From: an uncultured Actinomycetota bacterium
GTDB taxonomy: Bacteria > Actinomycetota > Thermoleophilia > Solirubrobacterales > Solirubrobacteraceae
Reading direction: 5' to 3'
Assembly (NCBI GenBank): GCA_963830395.1
Contig: CAWHMI010000004.1
Coordinates: 264,980-328,979 of the forward strand
Length of the DNA stretch: 64,000 bases
Part shown: positions 1 through 8,621 of the stretch, in pieces
Numbering within the stretch: position 1 is the first letter of the stretch
Layout of the letters: each line of letters opens with the position of its first letter
Program-made: the position numbers and the translations under genes
The notes under the pieces: generated by a model
What the model saw: only the letters and a program-made list of their open reading frames with translations
Databases searched by the model: none
What the model was told of the DNA's origin: nothing

Positions 1-1774
1 GACCTGACCCGGCGCCGCTTCGGCCGGGCGGCCGGTTTCGTCGCCGGCATCGCGCTGGCGACCACCCCGATCGCGGTCGGGGTGTCCCGGCACAACAATC
101 CGGATGAGCTGCTCGTCCTCTGCTGCGTGGCGGCGCTGTGGTTCGCCGTACGCGCGCTTGAGGATGGGCGCACGCGCTGGCTGGTGCTGAGCGGCGTCTG
201 CGTCGGGCTGGGATTCGAGACCAAGATGGCGGTGGCCCTGTTCGTGGTGCCCGGGATCGCTCTCGCCTACCTGTGGACCGCGCCGCGGGGACGTGCCGCA
301 GCGCTGCGCCAGCTGAGCGTCGGCGGCGTCGCGATGGCGGTCATCGGCTTGGCCTGGCCGCTGCTCGTCACCCTGACCCCGGCCGCCGATCGGCCATGGA
401 TCTCCGGCACCTCGGACAACAGCATCTGGTCGCTGATCTTCGGCTACAACGGGGTGGGCCGGGTCACCGGCCAGACCGGCGCCCCCACGGCCGGCTTCGG
501 CGCCGCCGGCGGAGGCTCGGCGTTCGGTGGCGCCACCGGCGTCTTCCGGCTGCTGCAGTCGGGCCTGGGTGACCAGGCGGGATGGCTGCTCGGGTTCGCG
601 ATCGTTGCCGGCCTCGGGCTGCTGGTCGCCACGCGTCTGCGGCGCCGCGATCCCCGCACCGGATGGCTGATCGCCGTCGGCGGCGCCTTCGCCGTCACCG
701 CGGTCGTGTTCAGCTACGCGGACGGGATCTTCCATCCCTACTACGTGTCGTTCCTGGCTCCGTTCACGGCCGCGCTGATCGGGGCCGGGGTGGGGGAGAT
801 CCTGTCCGGCGGTCAGCCGGATGACACGAGCGCGGCCCATCCGGCGGGGCTGGATGCCGAGCGGGCCGCAAGCTCGGGGGCGCGGATCCTCGCGCCCGCG
901 GCACTGGTCGCCGGGGCGATCACCGAGCTCGTCGTGCTCGGCAACATCTCCGGCGACCTGGGGTGGGCCAAGCCGCTGGTGATCGCCGTCGTGGCGATCG
1001 GCGCGGTGGCGCTCGCCCTGCGGCTGTCGAGTCGTGCCCGGATGCTCGTGCTCGCGGTGGCGCTCGCGGCGCTGATGGCCGCCCCGGCCACGTGGGCGGC
1101 GGAAACGCTCGGTCACCCCACCAGCAGCACGTTCCCGGCTGGCGGGCCTGCCGGCGCCGCCGCGGGTGGATTCGGCGGCTTTGGCGGACGGCGAGGATTC
1201 GGCGGCTTCGGCGGACGGCGAGGATTCGGCGGCATCGGCGGGCGGCGAGGATTCGGCGACGGCCGCGAGTTTGCCGTTCGGCGGACCGGGCGGGCCGCCG
1301 CCCGGCGGCGCCTTCGGCGTCCCGGGAAACGGCGCCTTCGGCGCCCCGGGCAGGTCCGGCCCGGCAGGGTTCGGCGGGGACACCGCCAGCCTGACGGCGG
1401 CGGTCAAGTACGCCGATGCCCAAGGCGGTGGCACGGTCGGCGTCGAGAGTCAGAGCAGCGCCGCCGAGGCGATCCTGTCCTCCGACGCAACTGTCGCCGG
1501 TCTCGGCGGGTTCTCTGGGCGTGAGAGTTCGGTGTCCGCCTCGTGGCTGGCGATGGAGGTGCGCGAGGGTCGTCTACGCTGGATCCTGGCGGAGGGCGGT
1601 CAGGGCTTCGCCGGCCCCGGCCCTGGCGACGGCCGACGCGGAAGCGCAACGGCATTCTCGATTGCGGAGCGGGTGGGCAGGCGGGTGACATTCACATCCA
1701 ACGGGACTCAGATCACCATCTACGACCTAAAGGGCAGGGCGTCGGCGATATCGGCCGCGGCGGGGAGATCGTGA
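1..1774 (+). CDS. GT39/ArnT-like (PMT_2) membrane glycosyltransferase; 5' end outside the window; apparent frameshift near 1255-1275
   Basis: Multi-TM ORF with HNNPDELL, GFETKM and WISGTSDNSIWSLIFGYNG motifs. The conserved-looking C-terminus (AAVKYADAQGGGTVGVESQSSAA...GLGGFSGRESSVS) is in a different frame (ORF 1166..1774). Confidence 0.85.
1168..1257 (+). repeat. 27-bp tandem repeat x3 plus a partial copy (GFGGFGGRR)
   Basis: ggattcggcggc(t/a)t(t/c)ggcgg(a/g)cggcga units at 1168, 1195 and 1222. Confidence 0.9.
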
Positions 1775-2778
1775 CCATGCGGCATCCTCGTCGCCGCCGA
1801 TCCGGGGGGGCTCGTCGATCCTCACCGCTGGCGCTGGCTGCGGCGGCAGCGCTGGCGGCGCTGGGCCTGATGTGGGTGCCGGCCGCCTCTGCCGACACCA
1901 GTCAGAGCTCGAACTGGGCCGGCTACGCGGCCCACCGCTCCGGGGTGAAGTTCGATGACGTGCTCGGTACCTGGACGCAACCCGCCCTCACCTGCACGCC
2001 GGGGCAGCCGGCGTACTCAGCGGTGTGGGTCGGGCTCGGCGGCTACAGCGTCTCCTCGAAGGCGCTGGAGCAGATCGGCACCGAGGATGACTGCGCCGCC
2101 TCGGGCCGGCACGTCTCGACCGCCTGGTACGAGCTCGTCCCGGCCGCATCCCGGACGATCCGGTTCACCGTCCGCCCCGGAGATCGGGTCCGTGCCGCCG
2201 TGGCCGTGCTCGGCCATCAGGTCCTGCTGCAGCTGCGCGACCTCACCCGGAACCGGTCCTTCACCAAGCGGCTGACCGCCACCGGCGTCGACATCGGATC
2301 GGCGGAGTGGATCGTCGAGGCGCCGTCTGTCTGCGCCAACGATTTCGACTGCCACACCCTGCCGCTGGCCGACTTCGGCTCGGCGGACTTCCGCTCAGCC
2401 GGCGCGACGTCGACCGGTGGCCACACCGGCGCGATCCAGGACCGGCGGTGGTCGACGACTCGGATCGACTTCGCCGAGGCCGGCCGCCGGTTCGTCACCC
2501 AGGGCGGCGCGGCCGGTGTGCTCGCGACCGCCGTCCCGTCGGCGCTGAGCGCGAACGGGACCGCATTCACGGTCACCTACCAGGGGGCACCCATCAGCAC
2601 GCCTCCGGCGTCGACGTCCCGGGTGGCCGCCCGGCGCCTGGTGCGCCCCGCGGCCGCCCGGCGCCTGGTGCACCCCGCCGCCGCCCGGCGCCTGGTGCAC
2701 CCCGCGGCCGCCCGGCGCCTGGTGCACCCCGCCGCCGCCCAGCGCCTGGTGCACCCCGCCGCCGCCCACACCGGGTGA
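1771..2778 (+). CDS. Secreted G1-family (peptidase A4/eqolisin) glutamic peptidase
   Basis: Signal peptide, then SSNWAGY, AVWVGLGGY, LEQIGTE (catalytic Q), AWYELVP and SAEWIVEAP (catalytic E). The GTG start overlaps the upstream TGA (GTGA). Confidence 0.9.
   Translation: MTMRHPRRRRSGGARRSSPLALAAAAALAALGLMWVPAASADTSQSSNWAGYAAHRSGVKFDDVLGTWTQPALTCTPGQPAYSAVWVGLGGYSVSSKALEQIGTEDDCAASGRHVSTAWYELVPAASRTIRFTVRPGDRVRAAVAVLGHQVLLQLRDLTRNRSFTKRLTATGVDIGSAEWIVEAPSVCANDFDCHTLPLADFGSADFRSAGATSTGGHTGAIQDRRWSTTRIDFAEAGRRFVTQGGAAGVLATAVPSALSANGTAFTVTYQGAPISTPPASTSRVAARRLVRPAAARRLVHPAAARRLVHPAAARRLVHPAAAQRLVHPAAAHTG
2626..2760 (+). repeat. 27-bp tandem repeat x5 (AARRLVHPA) at the peptidase C-terminus
   Basis: gccgcccggcgcctggtgcaccccgc(c/g) units at 2626, 2653, 2680, 2707 and 2734. 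Confidence 0.95.
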
Positions 2779-2890
2779 CGCGCGACGCCCACGCCCGCGT
2801 GGAGCCGCCACCCGCGCGGACCCCCCGCCTGTGCGGACCCGCCACCGCCGATTGGCTCCGGGTGACGGCCGCGATGGCATACTCGCCGCC

Positions 2891-3322
2891 GTGGATGTCT
2901 CGCGTCGTCTCGTCGCCTGCCTGCTGGCGCTCGGTGCGCTCGCACTCTCGGTTCCCGCCGTGACGCTCGCCTCCGGCGGAGGCGGCTCCGCCGGGGACCA
3001 GCAGTACACCGATCCGTTCGGCGCCACCTCGACGCCGACGCAGTCCACCGCCCCGCCGCCCACCACCACGGCTGCCCCGAGCCCGCCGCCCGCCGCCTCA
3101 CCTACGACCACCAGCGCCCCTGCCCCCGCGGCCACGGGCACCGCCACCACCGGCGCGACCACCTCCAGCGCCCAACCCACCGCCACCACGGCGGCTGGCG
3201 CACCGGCGTCCAGCGCCGGTCAACTGCCGTACACCGGTTACGACAGCTGGCTGGCCGGCGCGTTGGGCCTGGGGTTGATAGCCGGCGGCCTCGTGCTCCG
3301 GTGGCGCGTCGGCCGCTCCTGA
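2891..3322 (+). CDS. Small Thr/Pro/Ala-rich secreted protein with an LPXTG-type (LPYTG) sorting signal
   Basis: Signal peptide MDVSRRLVACLLALGALALSVPAVTLA, T/P/A linker, then LPYTG + hydrophobic segment + RWRVGRS tail. Confidence 0.8.
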   Translation: MDVSRRLVACLLALGALALSVPAVTLASGGGGSAGDQQYTDPFGATSTPTQSTAPPPTTTAAPSPPPAASPTTTSAPAPAATGTATTGATTSSAQPTATTAAGAPASSAGQLPYTGYDSWLAGALGLGLIAGGLVLRWRVGRS

Positions 3323-3363
3323 GCCGCCCGCCCCTGAGCCGCCCGCTTTTGAACCGCCCGCCT
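3319..3363 (+). repeat. 15-bp tandem repeat x3 at the gene end
   Basis: ctgagccgcccgccc / ctgagccgcccgctt / ttgaaccgcccgcct. Confidence 0.75.
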
Positions 3364-3369
3364 CGACCT

Positions 3370-4120
3370 CAGCCGGCGCCGAGAAGTTCCGGTCGCCGGC
3401 GGGCTGGTTGGGCTGCTGGGGCCGGCAAGGCCTGAGGTGCGAGCGGGGCGGGTTCCCCGCCGCAGCTCAAGCTGGGCGACCGGTCAGGCGGAGGCGATCG
3501 GGCATGGATTGGGCAACAAATCCGGCTCCGGCTCGCGGGTTTGTCGAGAACAGCACGTTGAACGTGGAGTTGGTGGCAATCGCATGGGCGATCTCGGATT
3601 TGTGGCTAGCGCATACCCGATCGTTTCCGCGCCTCACCCAGAGCCGTCAGGGTGAAGCGATCGGCACGAATTAAGCGCCAAATCGTGATCCGGCTTCTGG
3701 ATTTATCGCGTTCTCCACGCTGTGCGCTCATCTGGTGACAAATCCAAATTCGCCAGTGTGAATTTGTCGCCTTAACCACCCTCGGCGGACGCTGCGGCGA
3801 AGCCCCCCTGCCCGGACTCGATCGCGGACTGCGACAGCCACGATCCGATTCGCGGCGAGCCTCGGTCGGGAAGTTCTGAAGCGGCTTGGGCGACGAGGGC
3901 TACCGAGCCGCTGGTAAACCAACAGGCGGAAACGATCGGGGATGCACGTGTGGCTTTTTCCAGGTGAGCCCCCTCAGGTTGCGCTCGGAGGGAGGCGGTC
4001 GCCGGAATGTGCCGCGCGGCGCGCGCCCCGACCTCAGTTGCAGGGCCGTGCAGACCCCGCAACTTTGCCCGACGCTCGGGACCTGGGCTGCGGGGCCCGT
4101 GAGGAACCCCGCAGCCACGC
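3370..4120. ncRNA. Candidate structured non-coding RNA or regulatory element (unassigned)
   Basis: ~800-bp gap between convergent genes with no convincing ORF, AT-richer patches, several stems (gcggcttgg/ccgagccgc, gttgc/gcaac, cccga/tcggg, ccctc/gaggg) and a repeated ~20-nt motif. Confidence 0.35.
4086..4116. terminator. GC-rich hairpin, probable terminator downstream of the DUF892 gene
   Basis: ggctgcgggg-N11-ccccgcagcc perfect 10-bp stem, 15 bp beyond the stop codon at 4131. Confidence 0.65.
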
Positions 4121-4130
4121 CTGCCGCCCC

Positions 4131-5153
4131 CTACGCGTTGCTGAGCTCGCGCTCGGCGGCCTTGAGGACGCCGGAGCGATTCTTGTGAGAGCGCTCGTAA
4201 TCGCGCGCCTGCTTGGTGTGATCATCGTCGGCGTCCGACATCGCGGCCCGCACCTCGGGCGCCGTCATCTCGTCGTACCCCGCCCACGGCTCGTCGCCGC
4301 GCAGGCTGTCCACGCGATGAAGGACCGTCGTCCGGTTCTCGTGAGCGCGCTCGTAGGTGTCGATCTTGGCCAGATCGATCTGTGACAGGCCCGGCAGCCT
4401 GCTGACGATCTCCTCGGCGGTGTGGCTGTCGTAGTCGGCGATCGCGAGGTCGCCCTCTCCGGCCAGGGCGCCCTTGACCTGTCCCTCCGCGTGTTCCACG
4501 CCCGGCACCCGGCGAGCCTGGCGCGCGGCGCGACGGGTGGCCGAGCCGGTCTTGCGAGCCGCCTGGCGAGTCGCGGCTCCGGCCTCGCGAACCGCGTCGG
4601 CAGCACCGGTGTCGGTGATGTCGTAAGACGGGTCACCGTCCACCTCGGCGCCGATGACGGCATCCGTCAACCGCGGAATCTCGCGGCGCACGCGCCCCAG
4701 CATCGCTTCCTCGTCAGCGAGGATGCCCTTGGCCAGCTCCGCCGTCTGGTCGTCGCCGACGACGCGGGCGAGGCGCTCGAGCGCGGTGTAGGTGGCAATT
4801 TCCAGGGCCTCGGTGGCGCAGGTGTCCTTCGCGTTCTTGAGCACCTTCTCCTCGCCTCCGGAGCCCCGCAGCAGATCCAGCGGCGTCTTTCCCAACGCCA
4901 CCGCCTGCCCCAGGACGTCCTCCCAGAAGCCCAGCACCGCTGTCACCGGGTTTGACGGGCCGCCCAGCTGCTTCAAGCGGCTGCCGACATCGGCGGAATG
5001 CCGTCGGGTCTCGCCGAGATGATTCTCCAGGGCGGACCGATAGGACCCTCGGGGGGTCATCGCGATCTGCGACTGCAGTATGCGGACGAGCGCGTCCTCG
5101 GACGCCCGCGCCTCGCTGAGGTACTGCACGACCTTCTGCTGATCGTTGTTCAT
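4131..5153 (-). CDS. DUF892/YciF-like ferritin-fold protein with two C-terminal YD-x-T...YE-x2-H-x-NR repeats
   Basis: YLSEARASEDAL...HLGETRRH...ATEALEIATY...ILADEEAM ferritin-like pattern, followed by two ~45-aa repeats. Confidence 0.8.
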   Translation of the reverse strand: MNNDQQKVVQYLSEARASEDALVRILQSQIAMTPRGSYRSALENHLGETRRHSADVGSRLKQLGGPSNPVTAVLGFWEDVLGQAVALGKTPLDLLRGSGGEEKVLKNAKDTCATEALEIATYTALERLARVVGDDQTAELAKGILADEEAMLGRVRREIPRLTDAVIGAEVDGDPSYDITDTGAADAVREAGAATRQAARKTGSATRRAARQARRVPGVEHAEGQVKGALAGEGDLAIADYDSHTAEEIVSRLPGLSQIDLAKIDTYERAHENRTTVLHRVDSLRGDEPWAGYDEMTAPEVRAAMSDADDDHTKQARDYERSHKNRSGVLKAAERELSNA

Positions 5154-5280
5154 GAGACTTCCAATCGATGTAGGAAACAGCTGGTGCGCGCTGGTTGCGG
5201 CCGGCGCGGGGCGAGTACGTTTCGCCGTGGACTAGACGAATACCCGGTCTGGGTCGCGCGACGCACAACTCTCTAGAGCT

Positions 5281-5406
5281 CGAACCGGCGGGCGGCGGTG
5301 CTGGCGAACCCGCCGGGGCGCGGTGCTGGCGAACCCGCCGGGCGGCGGTGCTGGCGAACCCGCCGGGCGGCGGTGCTGGCAACCCCCGGCGGGGCGGCGG
5401 TGCTGT
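5281..5406 (+). repeat. ~25-bp tandem array x5 between divergent genes
   Basis: cgaacccgccgggcggcggtgctgg and variants at 5281, 5305, 5330, 5355 and 5380, with no spacers. Confidence 0.95.
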
Positions 5407-5434
5407 GCCAGCCCAGGCGCGGGAAGATGTCGGC

Positions 5435-5809
5435 GTGAACGATGCGTCGGGCAATCCTCAGCTGGAGGCGCTCGGTGCCCTGCTGCGCGCGCAACGCCTC
5501 GCCGCCGAGCTGTCGTTGCGCGAACTTGCCCAGCGGACCAACGTCTCCAACGCCTACCTGAGCGAACTGGAGCGAGGACTGCACGAGCCCTCGCTCCGGG
5601 TGTTGCGGGCCATCGCCGCCGCGCTGGGCACGCCGCTCGGCGCGATCCTCGACCGGGCCGGTGTCCTCGGCGACGAAAAGGCCGATCCCGACGCGCGCCT
5701 GCGCGAGACTGAGGCGGCGATTCTGGGCGACCCGGAGCTGAGCGAGCCGCAGCGGACCGCGTTGCTGAGCGTGTACCGAAGCTTCGTGCCCAGTCGGCGC
5801 AGCCGCTGA
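5435..5809 (+). CDS. XRE-family HTH transcriptional regulator (Rv0474-like)
   Basis: LGALLRAQR..LSLRELAQRTNVSNAYLSELERGLHEPSLRVL HTH; C-terminal AILGDPELSEPQRTALLSVYRSF. Confidence 0.9.
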   Translation: MNDASGNPQLEALGALLRAQRLAAELSLRELAQRTNVSNAYLSELERGLHEPSLRVLRAIAAALGTPLGAILDRAGVLGDEKADPDARLRETEAAILGDPELSEPQRTALLSVYRSFVPSRRSR

Positions 5810-5844
5810 CGAAATACCGAGCGGCGATCGATATACTGAGCAAG

Positions 5845-6954
5845 ATGACACACGGAATCGACTGGCGGGAGCTCTACGCCGCCAACCAGGCAGCGATCGC
5901 GCGGGCTGGCATCGCGCCCACTCCCGCGCCACACGCGACACCCGGGATCGCGCCCACTCCCGCACCACACCCGGAGCCCGGCGGCAATCGCGCAACCGCC
6001 CCGGGGAGGAGCGGGCGCAGCGCCAGCGAGCTGCGGATCGACCCCCAGACGCTGGTTCACGTGCCGCGGTGGCTGAACGCCGACGAGCCGGTGCCGCTCG
6101 TCTGCATGCTGCACGGCTGCACTCAGGACCCGGCCAAATTCGCCGCCGCCACGCTGATGAACGAGGCCGCCGACCGCCACGGGTTCGTGGTCGTGTACCC
6201 GGGGCAGGATCGCCGCCGGAACTCTCAGGGCTGTTGGAACTGGTTCGCACCCGAGCATCAGCAGCGCGATCGCGGGGAGCCGGCGACGATCGCGGCCACG
6301 CTTCGCTCCGTCATCGACGGCGGCTCGCGTCAGGCGATCGACCGCGACCGCGTCTTCATCGCCGGGCTTTCCGCGGGCGGGGCCATGGCCGCCGTGATGA
6401 GCGCCTGCTACCCGGAGCTGTTCGCCGCGGTCGCCGTCCACTCGGGCCTGGCCTATCGCTCGGCGAGCGACGTGAGGTCGGCGTTCGCGGCGATGGGGCG
6501 CGGAGGCGCAGCTGCCGACCGCAACGGCCGCGGCGCGGGCCCCGCGATGCCAGCGCGCCCGCGGGTGGTGCCGACGATGGTCATTCAGGGGGCCGCGGAC
6601 CGCACCGTCGCGCCCAGCAACGCGATCATGGTGCTGCGCCAATCGATGAGCGCCAACCATCTCGCGGCGCCCACCAGCTGCGACCACGACGTCGAGCATC
6701 CGACCACCACCGGGCAGGGCCCGGCGGGCCGCGGCCACCCCTATACTCAGTCGCGCTGGGTCGACGCCGACGGCAGGCTGACGCACGAGCTGCTGATGAT
6801 CGATGGACTCGGTCACGCATGGTCCGGCGGCGCCGTCGGCGGCTCCTACACCGACCCCCTGGGGCCGAGCGCGACCGAAGCGGTCTGGGGCTTTTTCACC
6901 ACGACGTCCGCCGCCGCCGGTGCGCGCCCCGGACAGCTCCGCGTCTCTCGCTAG
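5845..6954 (+). CDS. PHB depolymerase-family esterase
   Basis: MLHGCTQ, QGCWNWF, GLSAGGAM nucleophile elbow, VAVHSG, QGAADRTV, GLGHAWSGG; 36-bp x2 repeat near the N-terminus. Confidence 0.9.
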   Translation: MTHGIDWRELYAANQAAIARAGIAPTPAPHATPGIAPTPAPHPEPGGNRATAPGRSGRSASELRIDPQTLVHVPRWLNADEPVPLVCMLHGCTQDPAKFAAATLMNEAADRHGFVVVYPGQDRRRNSQGCWNWFAPEHQQRDRGEPATIAATLRSVIDGGSRQAIDRDRVFIAGLSAGGAMAAVMSACYPELFAAVAVHSGLAYRSASDVRSAFAAMGRGGAAADRNGRGAGPAMPARPRVVPTMVIQGAADRTVAPSNAIMVLRQSMSANHLAAPTSCDHDVEHPTTTGQGPAGRGHPYTQSRWVDADGRLTHELLMIDGLGHAWSGGAVGGSYTDPLGPSATEAVWGFFTTTSAAAGARPGQLRVSR

Positions 6955-7214
6955 CCATCCGTTTGCAGGTACCACCGGCGCCACTCCGCCGCCCCGTGGA
7001 GCTCCCAGGCGCCGCGTTGACTCACGCCGGCGCTCACATGGCTGGCCAACGGCCAGCGTCGGCGCGGCAACGCTGACTGCGCGCTCGCCCTGGATGAGCG
7101 TGAGTGAGAATCGCCCAGTGATGGGTCCGGCGATGACGGATGTGACCCGAACACCGAGTTTAGGTAGGAGGGTTGGGCGGAAGAATGGCCCTGGTGGCCC
7201 GTTGTCTGCAGGAG

Positions 7215-8078
7215 ATGCGGATCTTTTCCGTCCGGGTGTGTTGTGGTGGCGCGCGGGGGTCGCTGGCGGCAGCCGCCGCCGGTCTGGTGGCTCTCTTGGT
7301 CCTCGTCGGCTGCGGGTCGAGCGCGACGCACCACAGCACGTCCACGGCGACGCAACACAGCACGTCAACGCCCACCTCGTCGACTGCGTCTGCGGCCAGC
7401 GGCGAGTCGGCAAAGCCGCCGGCGCAGATCCTGGCCGATTCGACGGCCGCGCTGCGGGCGGCGCCGAGTTACGCGATGCAGGGAACGATCGCCCAGAACG
7501 GTCAGCGAATGCGCCTTCGGCTGACCACGATCACCAAGCCGAAGTCGCTGGATCTGGCGTTCGCGATCGGCGGCTCGGCAGTCGAATTGATCGAACTGCC
7601 TGATGCGGGCTACGTCCGGGCCAACGCTCGCTTTTTCAGAACTCATGGAGGGGGGCGTGTAGTCCAGCTGGCCGGCCGCTGGATCCAGGTTCCGTCCGCC
7701 AATGCGCGCACCACCACGTCCTCTCTTGGCGTGTTCGCGCCGGCGACCCTGGCGCGCTGCCTGGCAGAGAATCACGGGACGCTGAGCACCGCCGGCGAGA
7801 CGACCGTCGACGGCAGACGGGCCATCCTGCTCAAAGATGCCGGAGACAAACCGGGTTCGGCGCCCAGCGTGCTGGCGGTCGCGGCCAGCGGCACGCCGTA
7901 TCCGCTGCGGTTCACCGGCACCGGACGCCAGCGTGCCGGCGGTCGGATCGACGTGTGCAACAACGGCAAAGCGAGCGACAGCCGCGGCTCGGTCACCTTT
8001 GGCCAATTCAGCCAGGTCGCACCGATCCAAGCACCCAAGAACGTCGTACGAGCCGCACCCAGTAGCCCGGGTACCTGA
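7215..8078 (+). CDS. Putative lipoprotein (LppX/LprAFG-like fold possible)
   Basis: Lipobox LVGC after a hydrophobic segment, S/T linker, beta-rich body. The start codon is uncertain. Confidence 0.7.
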   Translation: MRIFSVRVCCGGARGSLAAAAAGLVALLVLVGCGSSATHHSTSTATQHSTSTPTSSTASAASGESAKPPAQILADSTAALRAAPSYAMQGTIAQNGQRMRLRLTTITKPKSLDLAFAIGGSAVELIELPDAGYVRANARFFRTHGGGRVVQLAGRWIQVPSANARTTTSSLGVFAPATLARCLAENHGTLSTAGETTVDGRRAILLKDAGDKPGSAPSVLAVAASGTPYPLRFTGTGRQRAGGRIDVCNNGKASDSRGSVTFGQFSQVAPIQAPKNVVRAAPSSPGT

Positions 8079-8196
8079 CCGACCTCCCGCCTGGCGCGAG
8101 CGCGGTGTAGGCCTGGACCAGAAGCGGACAGGGTCCCCATGCGCGCTGGACAGGGCCACCATGCGCGGCGGCGCAACCCTCCGTGGCGCAGCACCG

Positions 8197-8442
8197 CTAA
8201 CCGCGTGAACGCGTGCGACGCGCGGAGGCGGCGCGGCCCGTCGCCAGGCCGCGCGAGCGCGTGCCGCCACGGCTGCCGCGACCTGGGGCGCACGGCGGCG
8301 TGGACGGCGGCGGGAGCGGCCCCGCCGGGCGGATCGGCCGCGAGCCGTCCTCCGGGCTGGAGGTGCGGATGGCCCAGGCCAGCATGCCGACGACGGCAGC
8401 GACGAAGACCGCGCCGAGGAGGATGTTGAGTGCAAGCGTCAT
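8197..8442 (-). CDS. Small single-TM hypothetical protein
   Basis: ATG start followed by hydrophobic LALNILLGAVFVAAVVGMLAWAI. Confidence 0.45.
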   Translation of the reverse strand: MTLALNILLGAVFVAAVVGMLAWAIRTSSPEDGSRPIRPAGPLPPPSTPPCAPGRGSRGGTRSRGLATGRAASARRTRSRG

Positions 8443-8525
8443 GCCCCATGCTTACCCGACAACCTGTTCGCAAAACCTAAACGGGCTGTTCGGTTGGAGC
8501 GCGGCCGGAAACGAGCCAGGTGACA

Positions 8526-8602
8526 TCCTCGCGGCGGTCGGAAGCGAGCCGGTGTCCTCGCGGCGCCGGGAAGCGAGCCGGCGGCTTCCTCGCAGCGGCC
8601 GG
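8526..8602 (+). repeat. ~30-bp tandem repeat x2.5 upstream of the glycoside hydrolase
   Basis: tcctcgcggcg...ggaagcgagccgg units. Confidence 0.75.
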
Positions 8603-8607
8603 CGCCC

Positions 8608-8621
8608 TAGACTGCGCCGCC
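8608..8621 (+). promoter_or_regulatory. Putative -10 element (TAGACT) of a leaderless promoter
   Basis: tagactgcgccgcc directly before ATG 8622, no RBS; identical 14-mer at 13428. Confidence 0.6.

Noticed and set aside
3911-3950. Assignment of the ncRNA candidate to the raiA motif, SRP RNA or tmRNA
   Set aside because: Only short resemblances (CAGGC..AAACGATC; GTTTACCAG on the minus strand; GGGGATG). The other conserved elements, such as the SRP helix 8 motif and the tmRNA tRNA-like 3' end, are not visible.
5281-5406. CRISPR array
   Set aside because: The repeats are directly adjacent with no unique spacers, and no cas genes are present.
5554-7413. Long minus-strand ORF (619 aa)
   Set aside because: Shadow of the PHB depolymerase and neighbours; low-complexity Arg/Pro/Gly translation typical of high-GC antisense frames.
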